The translations under genes were made by a program, and so were the position numbers. A DNA stretch of 38,080 nucleotides, taken from a virus. Below the pieces are notes generated by a model, which was not told the origin of the DNA, did not search any database, and saw only the letters and a list, made by a program, of their open reading frames with translations. Within the stretch, counting starts at the first letter, position 1. Each line of letters begins with the position of its first letter. Below are positions 1 through 9,113 of the stretch, piece by piece. The DNA is taken from the IMG/VR virus record IMGVR_UViG_3300045988_140278; one strand, written 5' to 3'.

Positions 1-55
1 ACATTCATCGCGTAGGGGCCAGTAAACGATACAGACGATTGGGTTAGCGAATCCC
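1..55. repeat. Left copy of a perfect 55-bp inverted repeat; the partner is the last 55 nt of the window (38026-38080)
   Basis: The reverse complement of 1-55 is identical to 38026-38080. Identity stops exactly at the inner edge (56 versus 38025 do not match). It is truncated by the window edge on the outside, so the repeat may be longer. Confidence 0.97.
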
Positions 56-548
56 ACACGTCCTTCATTGGTTTCAGCACGTTGAAGAGCGGGACGAGGG
101 TACCGACGGTGATGCCGTTGATCGGGATGCGGTAGAGGAGCATGTCGTGGGTGGCGACGCCGTCGAGGATACTGCCGGTGTTGTGGGCCGGATCCGCCGG
201 GGTACCGGTGGTGGGGGTGCCCTTGAGGACCACGATTGAGCAGGTTTCCACGCCGGTGGTGGTGTTCTTCGTGTAGCGAAGCACCGCGAGATCGTTGCGT
301 TTCTGGCCTTGGGTGCCGGATTGCACGGTGGCGGTGGTGGTGCCGGTCAGGTGCACATGGCGGCCGTTCAATACGGCGTCGCCTGATTGGACGGCGATGG
401 TGTTCGCGTTGCTCATGGTGGCCTTGAGCTGATTACCGGTCGTGAGCGCGTAGTCGCCGGGGCCTACGAGACCGGCTTGGAATGCGCCGATGTCGTCGCT
501 GCCGATGTGTGGGGTGCCGGCGAAGCCGGTGATGAGTTCGACTGTCAT
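1..548 (-). CDS. Receptor-binding / tail-fibre protein, constant N-terminal part plus the start of the currently attached C-terminal cassette; partial, runs off the left edge
   Basis: ATG at 548-546 follows AGGAG (557-553). The frame stays open for 182 codons to position 1 (MTVELITGFAGTPHIGSDDIGAFQ...KPMKDVWDSLTQSSVSFTGPYAMN). It is absent from the ORF track because no stop lies inside the window. It is the last gene of the tail module. Confidence 0.8.
   Translation of the reverse strand, partial: MTVELITGFAGTPHIGSDDIGAFQAGLVGPGDYALTTGNQLKATMSNANTIAVQSGDAVLNGRHVHLTGTTTATVQSGTQGQKRNDLAVLRYTKNTTTGVETCSIVVLKGTPTTGTPADPAHNTGSILDGVATHDMLLYRIPINGITVGTLVPLFNVLKPMKDVWDSLTQSSVSFTGPYAMN
41..55 (-). 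other. Shufflon crossover site (GGGATTCGCTAACCC), the copy inside the expressed tail gene
   Basis: The same 15-mer occurs at 37740-37754 and 38026-38040 in the opposite orientation. Here it spans codons W165-D-S-L-T169 of the 548->1 ORF. Confidence 0.8.
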
Positions 549-563
549 GTGTTCTCCTGACGT

Positions 564-776
564 TTATGCGGTGCGTTTCCAGAGGCGGCCTCGGCCGATG
601 GTGTCGGGGAGGCGTGTCCATGTGCCGCCGATTGTGTTGGGGTCGAGGTTGGGGGTGGTTTCGATGATCTCGCCGATGGGGTGGGCGGCCGTGAACATGG
701 TGCGCGTGTTGGTGCGTTGCAGCAGGTTCGTGACCGCCCGTGCGAGGCCGTGGAGGGTGACGTATGTTTCCGCCAT
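564..776 (-). CDS. Small tail-module protein (70 aa) carrying a stand-alone copy of the fibre-tip motif also found at the C-terminus of the Tal-like protein
   Basis: ATG at 776. HPIGEIIETTPNLDPNTIGGTWTRLPDTIGRGRLWKRTA aligns with PIGYVVMNTTGANPASDFGGIWEQRPSLGAYVWERTK (end of 3100-4653). Confidence 0.6.
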   Translation of the reverse strand: MAETYVTLHGLARAVTNLLQRTNTRTMFTAAHPIGEIIETTPNLDPNTIGGTWTRLPDTIGRGRLWKRTA

Positions 777-788
777 GGCCGGGGTCCC

Positions 789-1586
789 TTAGGCGAACAG
801 GGCGTCGATTTCGGCGTCGCTGGCCGGGGTGAGGTCGGTTTTGCGCATGTAGCCGCTCAGGTCGATCATGCCTGTGAGCGCGTCCCATTTCATGACGGTG
901 GTGTCGCCGGTGGTGACGGCCACGGCGACGACGTTGGTGCCGGCGGGCAGGGTCTTGCCTGAACCGTCGACGAACTGGTCGTCGGTGGTGAACTGGTCGG
1001 TGATGTTCCACACGTCGCCCTTGGTGGCGGATGCGGGGGCGGGCAGGCTGGCGAATGCCGTGGATCCCTTGGCGCGGAATGCGGAGCCGAGCGAGTTCTG
1101 CAGTTCGGTCTTCGCGGCGTTGACCTTGGAGTCCACGTTGGCGGCGGTCTGGTAGCCCTTGCCGGTGACGATGGTGTTGACCTGGGCGGCGGTCTGGTAG
1201 CCCTTGCCGGTGACGATGGTGTTGACGTTGGCTGCGGTCTGGTAGCCGAGATTCTTGACGTCGTTGATGGCGCCGGCGCGCGCGTCGTTGGCGGCGGTGG
1301 TCACGTCCGCGGGGGTGGCGAGGCCGAGGCTGGCCGCGGTCTGGTTACCGCTGGCGATCTCCTTGCCGCCGATGGAAGGCTTGCCGGTCAGGTCCGCGTA
1401 TGCGCCGGAGAACGTGGAGTCTCCCGCGTTCTGGATCTTGGTGACGAGTTCGTCGGTGAGGTTGTTGTCGGAGAGCACCTTGTAGGTGTTGGGGCTGCCG
1501 GTCTTGAGTTCCTTGGCGACGAACAGGGTCTTGAGTTTGGCGAGGAATGTGGCGAGGTTGTTCAGGTTGATGAATTTCGTGGCCAT
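789..1586 (-). CDS. Tail fibre protein (265 aa) with 15-aa tandem repeats
   Basis: Fibre-like N-terminus MATKFINLNNLATFLAKLK...YKVLSDNNLTDELVTK. Repeats (N/K)GYQTAA(N/Q)VNTIVTG. C-terminal SDAEIDALFA motif. Sits in the tail module. Confidence 0.8.
   Translation of the reverse strand: MATKFINLNNLATFLAKLKTLFVAKELKTGSPNTYKVLSDNNLTDELVTKIQNAGDSTFSGAYADLTGKPSIGGKEIASGNQTAASLGLATPADVTTAANDARAGAINDVKNLGYQTAANVNTIVTGKGYQTAAQVNTIVTGKGYQTAANVDSKVNAAKTELQNSLGSAFRAKGSTAFASLPAPASATKGDVWNITDQFTTDDQFVDGSGKTLPAGTNVVAVAVTTGDTTVMKWDALTGMIDLSGYMRKTDLTPASDAEIDALFA
1146..1250. repeat. 45-bp tandem repeat (about 2.3 copies) inside the fibre gene
   Basis: Units at 1146-1190 and 1191-1235 differ only in the last ~8 nt. 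A third partial unit starts at 1236. They encode GKGYQTAAxVNTIVT. Confidence 0.9.
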
Positions 1587-1601
1587 GATGGTTTCCTTTC
1601 G

Positions 1602-1793
1602 TTACTTGCTGCTGGGGTTGAACAGGTTGTTGATGTCGTCGTCGGTGGCGGTCTCGATGTTTCCGGCAGCCGTTTCGAGCTCCTTGAGTTTCTCGGGGAG
1701 TCGTTTGCCGTCGACGTCCACATCCTTGGCTTTGACCATGGGGAACGTGCCGTTGTTCTTCGGCGCGAGCGTGTCGATCAGTTCGATTGCCAT
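1602..1793 (-). CDS. Small fibre-module protein (63 aa)
   Basis: ATG at 1793 with AGGAG 7 nt upstream. Normal amino-acid composition. Ends with TDDDINNLF, a motif shared with neighbouring genes. Confidence 0.7.
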   Translation of the reverse strand: MAIELIDTLAPKNNGTFPMVKAKDVDVDGKRLPEKLKELETAAGNIETATDDDINNLFNPSSK

Positions 1794-1805
1794 CAGGGTT
1801 CTCCT

Positions 1806-2564
1806 TTACTTCACTTCGACGGTGGTGTTGCCGAGACCCGCGTTCGTGGATTTCCAGACCGCGTAGCTGATGGTCGCGCCGCTCGCGTTCTTGTGGTCGA
1901 ACGTCTTCAACAACGCGAAGCCGCCTTCGAAGCCGCCGACGAAGAATCGGGGCGTGCCCCACGACGCGGGGAACGCGTAGTAGATGTGCTGCCCGGCCGC
2001 CGCGTTCAGGGTGAACGTTTTGCTGTACCATGCGGCGAGTTCGCCGGTCGCCTGGTTGATGATCTGGTCGGTCACTCCCGCCGCGTCGAGGCTGACGGCG
2101 ACCCACCAGTGGCGCTTGTCGCGGAAAGCGACGTCGGCGGTGCGGGTGGCGACGGCGTTTCGCGCGTCGGTGGCCTTGAGCGTGTACGTCTTGTCCGCTT
2201 TGAGGTTCACGCCGGAGAGTGTCGTGCCCTTGGATGCCGTGTCCTGCGCCTTGTCGTCCAGGGTGAGCGATTTCGGCGTCTTGGACAGGCTCCATGCGAC
2301 GGTCACGTCCGCGACCGTCGAACCGCGTTCCGCCTGCGATGGGGAAACGGTGAGCGAGTTGATGCCCATCGCCTTGTACAGGCTGATGGTGCCGTCCTCG
2401 GTGATGTCGAAATCGCCGCCGGGCTTGACGATGCCCGCCTTGTCGGCCGTGGCGATCGAGCCGCCTTCGCCCTTGAGTGCGAACTTGGCGTCGTTGGCCG
2501 CGTCCTGCTTTGCTTTGAACCGGGCGAGCCGGTCCAGGTCGATGACCTTGCTGGTGTTAGCCAT
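1806..2564 (-). CDS. Tail fibre / baseplate-associated structural protein (252 aa)
   Basis: ATG at 2564 with AAGGAGG 6 nt upstream. Beta-rich, structural-like composition. Lies between Tal and the fibre genes. Confidence 0.75.
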   Translation of the reverse strand: MANTSKVIDLDRLARFKAKQDAANDAKFALKGEGGSIATADKAGIVKPGGDFDITEDGTISLYKAMGINSLTVSPSQAERGSTVADVTVAWSLSKTPKSLTLDDKAQDTASKGTTLSGVNLKADKTYTLKATDARNAVATRTADVAFRDKRHWWVAVSLDAAGVTDQIINQATGELAAWYSKTFTLNAAAGQHIYYAFPASWGTPRFFVGGFEGGFALLKTFDHKNASGATISYAVWKSTNAGLGNTTVEVK

Positions 2565-2715
2565 CGTGTTCCTCCTTATCTGTGGTTGGTGTTGGGAACA
2601 GGTTGTCGATGTCCGCGTCGGTGGCGTAGACGATGCTCACGTCGCCGATGATCGCGTCCTCGAGGATGATTACCGGCCCCTCGTCGCACGAGCAGCCGTC
2701 CAGTGTGCGGATCAT
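2557..2715 (-). CDS. Small fibre-module protein (52 aa)
   Basis: ATG at 2715-2713 overlaps the TGA of the upstream gene (ATGA). MIRTLDGCSCDEGPVIILEDAIIGDVSIVYATDADIDNLF... Below the ORF-track size cut-off as an independent ORF. Confidence 0.5.
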   Translation of the reverse strand: MIRTLDGCSCDEGPVIILEDAIIGDVSIVYATDADIDNLFPTPTTDKEEHDG

Positions 2716-3098
2716 GAGAGCTCCTTTCTGCTGATGGCGCTGGCGACCACCCATTCGCCGTATACGAGGCGCGTCACTTCCCCCTGCGGGCTTTCCAGCA
2801 GCAGGTCCCACGCACCCGCGCATGGCATAAGCGTCGAGGAGCGTTCGTCTGTGACGCTCACGTCCACATGACCGTGCGAGTCCAGCGTCACGCAGTCGCT
2901 CAGATCCGCCAGCACCTTGCCATCCCTGCGCAATTGCAGCCGGGGATTCCAGCCGGTCAGATCCACCGGCACCGCGGCGCGAGAGCCGTCCGCTCGCAGG
3001 ATGTTGCGCACCCATAGCAGTCGTATCCGGTTGGTCACGCCGGCCACGAGCAGCAGCCTCGCCTCCAGCAGGCCGAGCCTGCCTAATGTCGCCGTCAT
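2712..3098 (-). CDS. Hypothetical tail protein (128 aa)
   Basis: The internal ATG at 3098 lies 1 nt after the Tal stop (TGAGATG). The ORF-track N-terminal extension to 3167 would overlap Tal and is Ser/Gly-rich. Confidence 0.65.
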   Translation of the reverse strand: MTATLGRLGLLEARLLLVAGVTNRIRLLWVRNILRADGSRAAVPVDLTGWNPRLQLRRDGKVLADLSDCVTLDSHGHVDVSVTDERSSTLMPCAGAWDLLLESPQGEVTRLVYGEWVVASAISRKELS

Positions 3099-3099
3099 C

Positions 3100-4653
3100 T
3101 CATTTCGTCCTTTCCCACACATATGCGCCCAGCGAAGGGCGCTGCTCCCAGATGCCGCCGAAGTCACTAGCCGGATTGGCTCCGGTGGTGTTCATCACCA
3201 CATAGCCAATCGGCATCACGGGTCCACCTCCGGCCGAGGTGGCGTGCGCGGTGATGACGCCATCATCGTTGACGGTGATGGTGCTGCCGTCCGGTTTGAC
3301 GCCGCCGATTGTGCCGTTGGTGGCGGCTGGAAGCGTGTAGTTCTCCAATCCGTCGAGTTTCTTTTTGTCCGCAGCGCTCATGAGTCCTGATCCGTTGACT
3401 GTGGCCTCCGCTGCCGTGAGGTGCACGGCCTGACCATTTCTGCTCGCGGATAAGGGAAGGGCCGCGGTTATAGCCGCCACGTTCGCCGCCGCTATGGCGT
3501 TGGCTTCGGTGGCTGTCTGCTGCGCCTTGCCGATCTCGGACGAGAAACCGGATGCGAGCGTGTACGCGTCGGTGGCGGTCTTCTCCACCCCGTCGACGCG
3601 GCTCGGAGTCACCACGGCCGAGAACGTGTTGTTCTTCATCGTGATGGTCGTGCCATCCGCGTAATACGTAGCACCGGAACCACCGGATTCCGCCGTGCCG
3701 CTGAGGCTTGTGGTGACGCCGTCCGCGGTGCCGCATTCGTAGTCGACGCTCATGATGCCGTTGTTGACCTTGACGATTTTCTTGGAGATCGGCACGGTAA
3801 TCGTGATGCCGAGCCGGTTGTCTCGGCCGGTGACGGTATCTCCCACATCCATCGAGAGGCTACGGTCGTTGAGAGTGACGCTCACGCCGCCCTGTGTCTG
3901 GAGCTCTTCGAGTTTCTCTTTGGTTTTCTCGTTGAGTTCGTCGGCTTGGGCATTGCTGTAGTCGTAGATGGCTGTGTATTCCGCGAGCCCTGTGAGCGTC
4001 TTGGATTGGCTGACCTTGCCGTTGGAGTCCGCGTACCAGTGGACGACCATGCGTTCATGCAGATCCCCTTGCCCCAAGCCGATGAGGTGGTTCACCGGCT
4101 GCGAGTCGAGCGACGCCTGGAAGACGAGCAGGTCGCTGTCGATGGTGTCGCCGTAATGATCGACTGGTTTGGCGATGGCGTGCACGTGGCCGTCAAGCCA
4201 TGTGAGTCGGAGTTTCGCGTTGTTTGCCGTGAGCATCTTGGTGACGCCCGTATACGCATCCGTGTATCGGTCGAACTGCCAGCCGCCGATGGTCACGGTG
4301 CTTGCATCGGCGGTGAACAAGCTATCGAGGCCGATGCGTTTGAACAACGTGTTGAGGATTGTCGCGGCGTTGCCGCTCACGGTGAGGTAGTCCTTACCCG
4401 CATCGGGCTGGAGGATTCGACGTGAGAGCATGCCATGCCAGGTGGGGCCTTCCACGCTGCCGTCCGTGTTACGGACGGTGACCATGCCGCCATACTCGGT
4501 GCCGTCCATCATGATGAGAGAGCCGGCCGCCGGTTGTGGCAGACAGGTGAGTTTGAAGTCGTTCTCATCGCTGCCGTAGGCCAGGTCGAGCTCGTAGTCG
4601 TCGAGGGATGCGATGGGCTTGCGAGCGCTGTCGGTGATTATGAGGTCAGCCAT
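3100..4653 (-). CDS. Tail-associated protein (Tal; prophage-tail / Gp37-like N-terminus), 517 aa
   Basis: ATG at 4653 with AGGAG 10 nt upstream. The N-terminus MADLIITDSARKPIASLDDYELDLAYGSDENDFKLT is typical of siphovirus Tal proteins. Located directly after Dit. Has the fibre-tip motif at its C-terminus. Confidence 0.75.
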   Translation of the reverse strand: MADLIITDSARKPIASLDDYELDLAYGSDENDFKLTCLPQPAAGSLIMMDGTEYGGMVTVRNTDGSVEGPTWHGMLSRRILQPDAGKDYLTVSGNAATILNTLFKRIGLDSLFTADASTVTIGGWQFDRYTDAYTGVTKMLTANNAKLRLTWLDGHVHAIAKPVDHYGDTIDSDLLVFQASLDSQPVNHLIGLGQGDLHERMVVHWYADSNGKVSQSKTLTGLAEYTAIYDYSNAQADELNEKTKEKLEELQTQGGVSVTLNDRSLSMDVGDTVTGRDNRLGITITVPISKKIVKVNNGIMSVDYECGTADGVTTSLSGTAESGGSGATYYADGTTITMKNNTFSAVVTPSRVDGVEKTATDAYTLASGFSSEIGKAQQTATEANAIAAANVAAITAALPLSASRNGQAVHLTAAEATVNGSGLMSAADKKKLDGLENYTLPAATNGTIGGVKPDGSTITVNDDGVITAHATSAGGGPVMPIGYVVMNTTGANPASDFGGIWEQRPSLGAYVWERTK

Positions 4654-5495
4654 GCTGGGGCGCTCCTTTCCATGATGATGGTCAGGTCCCAGCCGAATCC
4701 GTTCCATTGGACGTTGGTTTCACCGGCTGGTATCGGTTGGAAGATGTAGCGTCCGCCGTCTAGGCCGGTGCCTCGTGTGGCTTTGTCGAAGACGTTGGTA
4801 GTGCCGCCGTTGATGTCGGTCATCGTGATGGTTTTGTGGCCGGTTTGGCTGTCGATGGTGACGTATGCGCCGATTGGGATGGTCATGGTCAGTTCGTATC
4901 GGTTGCCGCCGATGGTGATTGACGGGTTCGTGCAGGGGCCGAAGATGACCATTTTGAACGGCATTGGGGCGCCGGTGGTGTTGATGGCGTTGGCGCCGCG
5001 CGTTGGCGCCTTGTAGTCGTAGGGGTAGTCGTAGGGGTAGTCAAGGTAGAGGCCGGATTGCAGTTCGTCGGGGAGGAAGTGCTGCGTGTCGGCTGGTTTG
5101 CGCCATACGCCGTCGAGGAGCGCTACGGTGAGCGCGTATTTCGCTGGGTTTGGAAGGTCTTGTGATGGTTCGATGCCGGTGATGAGTGCGGCCTGGGCCC
5201 AGCCGTCCACGGTGATGGTTCCGGCTTTGTTCCGGTTTCCCGTGGAGGCTAGGGCCCGTATGTCGGCGTCGAACAGGTTGCTTGCCGTGTCCAGCATCGT
5301 CAGATCCGCGCACTTCGCCTCCAGTTGCACGGTGGAGGCGTTGAGTGCTGCGGAGTCGATGCCGTGCGCGGCGAGTTCCACATCCCATGCGTGGGTGCGC
5401 AGGGATTCGATGCGGTTGACCATGATGCCGTCGGGTGCGATGAGGTCGACCACGCGGTGCTGGGTGGTGCCGCAGGTGTAGGTCATGGTTCTCAT
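4638..5495 (-). CDS. Distal tail protein (Dit), 285 aa
   Basis: ATG at 5495 overlaps the TMP stop (ATGA) and follows AAGGAGGG. It lies between TMP and Tal. The upstream part of the ORF-track entry (to 6101) is Arg/His-rich out-of-frame noise inside TMP. Confidence 0.75.
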   Translation of the reverse strand: MRTMTYTCGTTQHRVVDLIAPDGIMVNRIESLRTHAWDVELAAHGIDSAALNASTVQLEAKCADLTMLDTASNLFDADIRALASTGNRNKAGTITVDGWAQAALITGIEPSQDLPNPAKYALTVALLDGVWRKPADTQHFLPDELQSGLYLDYPYDYPYDYKAPTRGANAINTTGAPMPFKMVIFGPCTNPSITIGGNRYELTMTIPIGAYVTIDSQTGHKTITMTDINGGTTNVFDKATRGTGLDGGRYIFQPIPAGETNVQWNGFGWDLTIIMERSAPAWLTS

Positions 5496-8400
5496 CGGTT
5501 CCCTCCTTGGACTATGCCGAGCTTGCGCTTGCTTTCGCGGATGGTCATGGCCGGCGCGTATTTCGCGATGGTCGGGCCGAGGTCGGCGTGCAGTGACTGC
5601 AGGTCGGAGCGCAGGCCGCGTATCTCGGTGATGAGATCCGCGAGGCTGGCGCCGGATCCGGTGGCGAGCGCCGTTGTTCCGATGGCTGCGGCTGTCGTGT
5701 CGATCTGGCTGTTCGTGGTCATGGCGCCGCTGATGCCGGCCATCACGCCGCGGATGGATTTGGCTGCTTCTGGGCTTGCCTTGTCCATGCCTTCGACGAG
5801 GCCTTCGACGATGGCGCGGCCGCGGTGCGGCGTCCATCCGCTTCCCGAGAAGGGGCCTCGCTTGGCTGGCGAGTGCGGGATGAACGAGCTGATGGTATCC
5901 ATGACGCCTTTGATGGCGCTGCCGGCTTTGCTGATCATGCCGGTGATGCCGTCGATAAGGCCTTGGACGATGGCCTTGCCTGCGCTGAGAAGCAGAGTGC
6001 CTGCTCCGGCGAACACGCCTTTGATGGCGCTGATGACGCCTTGCAGTGCGCTGCCGATGCCGCTTGCCGCGTTGGAGAGGATGCTCTTGAACGCGTTCCA
6101 TGCGCCTTGCCAGTCGCCGTTGATCAGTGAGGTGACCATGCTGATGACGCCGGAGACTACGCCGACGACGGCCTGGATGACGCCGCTGATTCCACTGATC
6201 ACGCCTGACACGTATGGGAGCATCGCCTGCACCGCCGGCAGCAGCGAGCCAGTGATGAATCCGATGATCGCGGATACCACGGTTCCCACCACCGAGACGA
6301 TGCCCTGTATCACCGGCATGAGTTGCTGGAGCAGCGCGACTATGCCTGCCACGGCCTGTTGGATTACCGGGATCAGCTGCTGGATTACCGGGCCGATGGC
6401 GGCTGCCATCTGGCCGATGAAGTCCACGATCTGCTGGATGACGGGCATGAGGGCGGCGAGCACCTGTCCGGATATCTGCGTGATCATGCTGATGATCTGC
6501 GCGGCCAATGGCAGCAATGCCGCTATGGCGTCCGTCAATGGCGGCAGCAGGCTCGTCACGATCTGGCTGATTGCCGGCATGAGGCCGGTGAGTCCGTTGA
6601 TGAGCGGCTCGATGATCGTGGGGATCAGCGGCAGCATCGTCTGGATGATGGAGCCAACAACCGGTATCAACTGGCCGATGGCATCGGTGATGACCGGCAT
6701 GATCTGCTTGAGCATGCCCTGGATGCTTTTCACCAACGCGTCGAACGCAGGCTGTATGCTCGCGATCTCGGCCTTGAACCGGGTGAACAGGGCGGAGGCC
6801 TGTTCTCCGAACGCGTCACGCAGTTTCGGCGTGGTGGCGATGAGCGCGCCGATGGCGGCCACGGCGATGCCGATGGGTCCGCCCAATGCGGCCAGCGGTC
6901 CGCTCAATCCTCCCAGGACCCCGCCAAGCAGCGGAATCTTGGACAGCAGCGGCGCTATGCCTCCGGCCCCGAGCGCCACGAATGAGGCTATCAGCGGGGC
7001 GATGGCGTTCCGCACGGGTTTGAACATGTCACCCAATCCGTTGAACACGCTGCCGATGGCGTTGATCGCGTTCTGGAACGGTTTGGGCAGGAGCGTCACC
7101 AGATCGGAGAACAATGCGGGTATCGCCTTCACGACGCCCTTGGCGATCTGGCCCACTCGGGGCAGGATGTTCTTCAGCGCGGCGGCGATGCTTTCGGCGA
7201 GCTGCTGGCTCAACGCACCCATGTCCGCGTTGCTGTTGCCGAGGCCGGCGAGCCAGTTCTGCCATGCGGCCTTCATCGAGTCCACGGATCCCTCGATGGT
7301 GGTCGCTGCCTCCCTGGCGGTGGTGCCGCTGATGCCCATCTCCTTCTGGACTCGGCTGATGGCCTCGACCACGTCGGAGAATGAATCGATGCTCAGGTCG
7401 TTGCCGTCCTTGAGCACGCCGGGCAGCTTGTTCGCATCCGAGATGAGGCGTTCCATCTCGCTCTTGGTGCCGCCGTAGCCGAGCTTGAGATTGTCGAGCA
7501 TGGCGTAGTTGCCGCGGGCGAGCGACTGGTAGGTCTGCTGGATGCTGCCTATGTCGGTGCCCATCTTGTTGGCGTTGTCCGACATGTCGATGATGGCCTG
7601 GTTGCCCATCTCGGCGGCCTTGGCGGTGTCGCCGCCCAGCGAGCTCACGAGGCTTGCCGCAAAGCTCGTGACCTGGTTCATGTAGTCGTTCGCGCCGATG
7701 CCCGCGGTCTTGTACGCTTCGGACGCGTACTTCTGCACCGTGCCGCTGGCATCCTTGAACAGGGTGTCCACGCCACCGACCGCCTGCTCCCACGTGGCGT
7801 AGGCGGCCAGCGCCTGCTTGCCTGTGGCGAGCACGGTGGCTCCGATGGCGGTGATGCCCGCTCCCACTGCGGCGACCGCTCCGGTGGCGAGGCTCTTGAG
7901 GTGCGAGCCGGCGCTGGAGGCGAGGCTCTTGAATGCGTTGCCCGCGCTGGAGGCGAGGTTGCCGAGCGTGCTGCCGATTGCCCCGGCGGCGGTCTGTGCT
8001 CCGGCTGGGAGTTTGGACCATACGGCTCCGGCGGCGGTGGCGATGTTGCCGAAGTAGTTCTTGGCTACGTTGGCAACAGGCGCGAGTTTCTGTCCTACTT
8101 TTCCGGCGACGTTTCCGATGGCGGAGCCGATCTTGCCTCCGAATGAGCGGATGGGTGCGGTCCAGGTGGTGACCGCGTTTTTGATGACGGAGCCGGTTCT
8201 GCTTCCCCAGTCGCGGATTGGTTGTGTCCAGGCGTTGATTGCCGCGCCGATTGGTTTGGCGATGCTTGACACGGTTGTGGCGATGCTGTTGCCCCAGCCT
8301 TTGAGGGTTTGTTGGGCGGCGCTGATGGCTCCCTTGAGTCCGGTTTGGATTTTCGCGCCGACCTGTACGGCGAAGCCGCTGAGTTTAGCCACTGCCGTGC

Positions 8401-9091
8401 TGGCGAAGCCGCTGATCTTCGTGCCCAACGGTTTCCAGATGGCATCGACGCCGAGCAGGCTGCGCACGAGGAGACCGAATGCCTCGGATGTGTTTTCGAC
8501 TATGCCTTTTGCGCCAAGCAGTGCGGAATCGGAGGTTTTGAGCCCGGACGCGAACGATTTGAATACACCCGTCGTTTTGCTGGTCGTGGTGTTCAACTCG
8601 TTTTCTGTGGCATTAAGCGCCCTTTTCGCCTCCCTGACCCGTTCCGAGGCTTCCTGAGATTTCTCTAGTGCATTGGCTTGACGGAGCTGGGCTTGTTCGA
8701 CCTTGATGGCTGCGGCCTGGGCCTGGGTGCTGTCGGCACCGTATTTCGCGATGGCGGCGTTGAGTTTGTCCTGGGCCGCGGCGACGGCCACGGTGGACTG
8801 CTTGTAGTTGAGAAGGGCGGCGGAGGCTTTGGAGGTGGCTTGCGCCACGTCCTTCTTGAACGGCTTGAGCACGTCGTCGGCGAGCTGCTGGTCTGCGCTG
8901 CCTTTGAATCCGTTCTTGAAGGACGTGCCGAACCGGCTGCCTATCTTCTTGCCGGTTCCGAAGGCCTTGTCGAAGGTTTTCGACCCGGTTTTGCCGGCGT
9001 TCTTCATCTCCTTGTTCACGGCGTTTCTGAAGCCGTTCATCACGGGGAATATGGAGATGTGGCCGGTGCCGACCTCTGCGCCTCCCGCCAT
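5492..9091 (-). CDS. Tape measure protein, 1199 aa
   Basis: Longest ORF. Ala/Gly/Ile/Ser-rich helical repeats. AGGAGG upstream. Lies between the chaperone pair and Dit. Confidence 0.93.
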   Translation of the reverse strand: MAGGAEVGTGHISIFPVMNGFRNAVNKEMKNAGKTGSKTFDKAFGTGKKIGSRFGTSFKNGFKGSADQQLADDVLKPFKKDVAQATSKASAALLNYKQSTVAVAAAQDKLNAAIAKYGADSTQAQAAAIKVEQAQLRQANALEKSQEASERVREAKRALNATENELNTTTSKTTGVFKSFASGLKTSDSALLGAKGIVENTSEAFGLLVRSLLGVDAIWKPLGTKISGFASTAVAKLSGFAVQVGAKIQTGLKGAISAAQQTLKGWGNSIATTVSSIAKPIGAAINAWTQPIRDWGSRTGSVIKNAVTTWTAPIRSFGGKIGSAIGNVAGKVGQKLAPVANVAKNYFGNIATAAGAVWSKLPAGAQTAAGAIGSTLGNLASSAGNAFKSLASSAGSHLKSLATGAVAAVGAGITAIGATVLATGKQALAAYATWEQAVGGVDTLFKDASGTVQKYASEAYKTAGIGANDYMNQVTSFAASLVSSLGGDTAKAAEMGNQAIIDMSDNANKMGTDIGSIQQTYQSLARGNYAMLDNLKLGYGGTKSEMERLISDANKLPGVLKDGNDLSIDSFSDVVEAISRVQKEMGISGTTAREAATTIEGSVDSMKAAWQNWLAGLGNSNADMGALSQQLAESIAAALKNILPRVGQIAKGVVKAIPALFSDLVTLLPKPFQNAINAIGSVFNGLGDMFKPVRNAIAPLIASFVALGAGGIAPLLSKIPLLGGVLGGLSGPLAALGGPIGIAVAAIGALIATTPKLRDAFGEQASALFTRFKAEIASIQPAFDALVKSIQGMLKQIMPVITDAIGQLIPVVGSIIQTMLPLIPTIIEPLINGLTGLMPAISQIVTSLLPPLTDAIAALLPLAAQIISMITQISGQVLAALMPVIQQIVDFIGQMAAAIGPVIQQLIPVIQQAVAGIVALLQQLMPVIQGIVSVVGTVVSAIIGFITGSLLPAVQAMLPYVSGVISGISGVIQAVVGVVSGVISMVTSLINGDWQGAWNAFKSILSNAASGIGSALQGVISAIKGVFAGAGTLLLSAGKAIVQGLIDGITGMISKAGSAIKGVMDTISSFIPHSPAKRGPFSGSGWTPHRGRAIVEGLVEGMDKASPEAAKSIRGVMAGISGAMTTNSQIDTTAAAIGTTALATGSGASLADLITEIRGLRSDLQSLHADLGPTIAKYAPAMTIRESKRKLGIVQGGNR

Positions 9092-9113
9092 CGGAATTCC
9101 TCCTTGCTAGGTG

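Noticed and set aside
1-55. The terminal 55-bp inverted repeats as genuine inverted terminal repeats of a linear (protein-primed or hairpin-ended) genome
   Set aside because: The left copy lies inside, and truncates, an open reading frame. The inner repeat boundary coincides with a site-specific recombination site that has a third internal copy. The gene content (int, attP, HNH/terminase) is that of a cos/pac temperate siphovirus.
5325-7478. 717-aa plus-strand ORF
   Set aside because: It is an antisense shadow of the tape-measure gene, with a Met/Pro/Ser/Ala-rich low-complexity translation and no RBS. The same reasoning applies to 12359-13843 (antisense to capsid), 33542-34756 (antisense to integrase), 25065-25952, 9647-10477 and 36002-36883.
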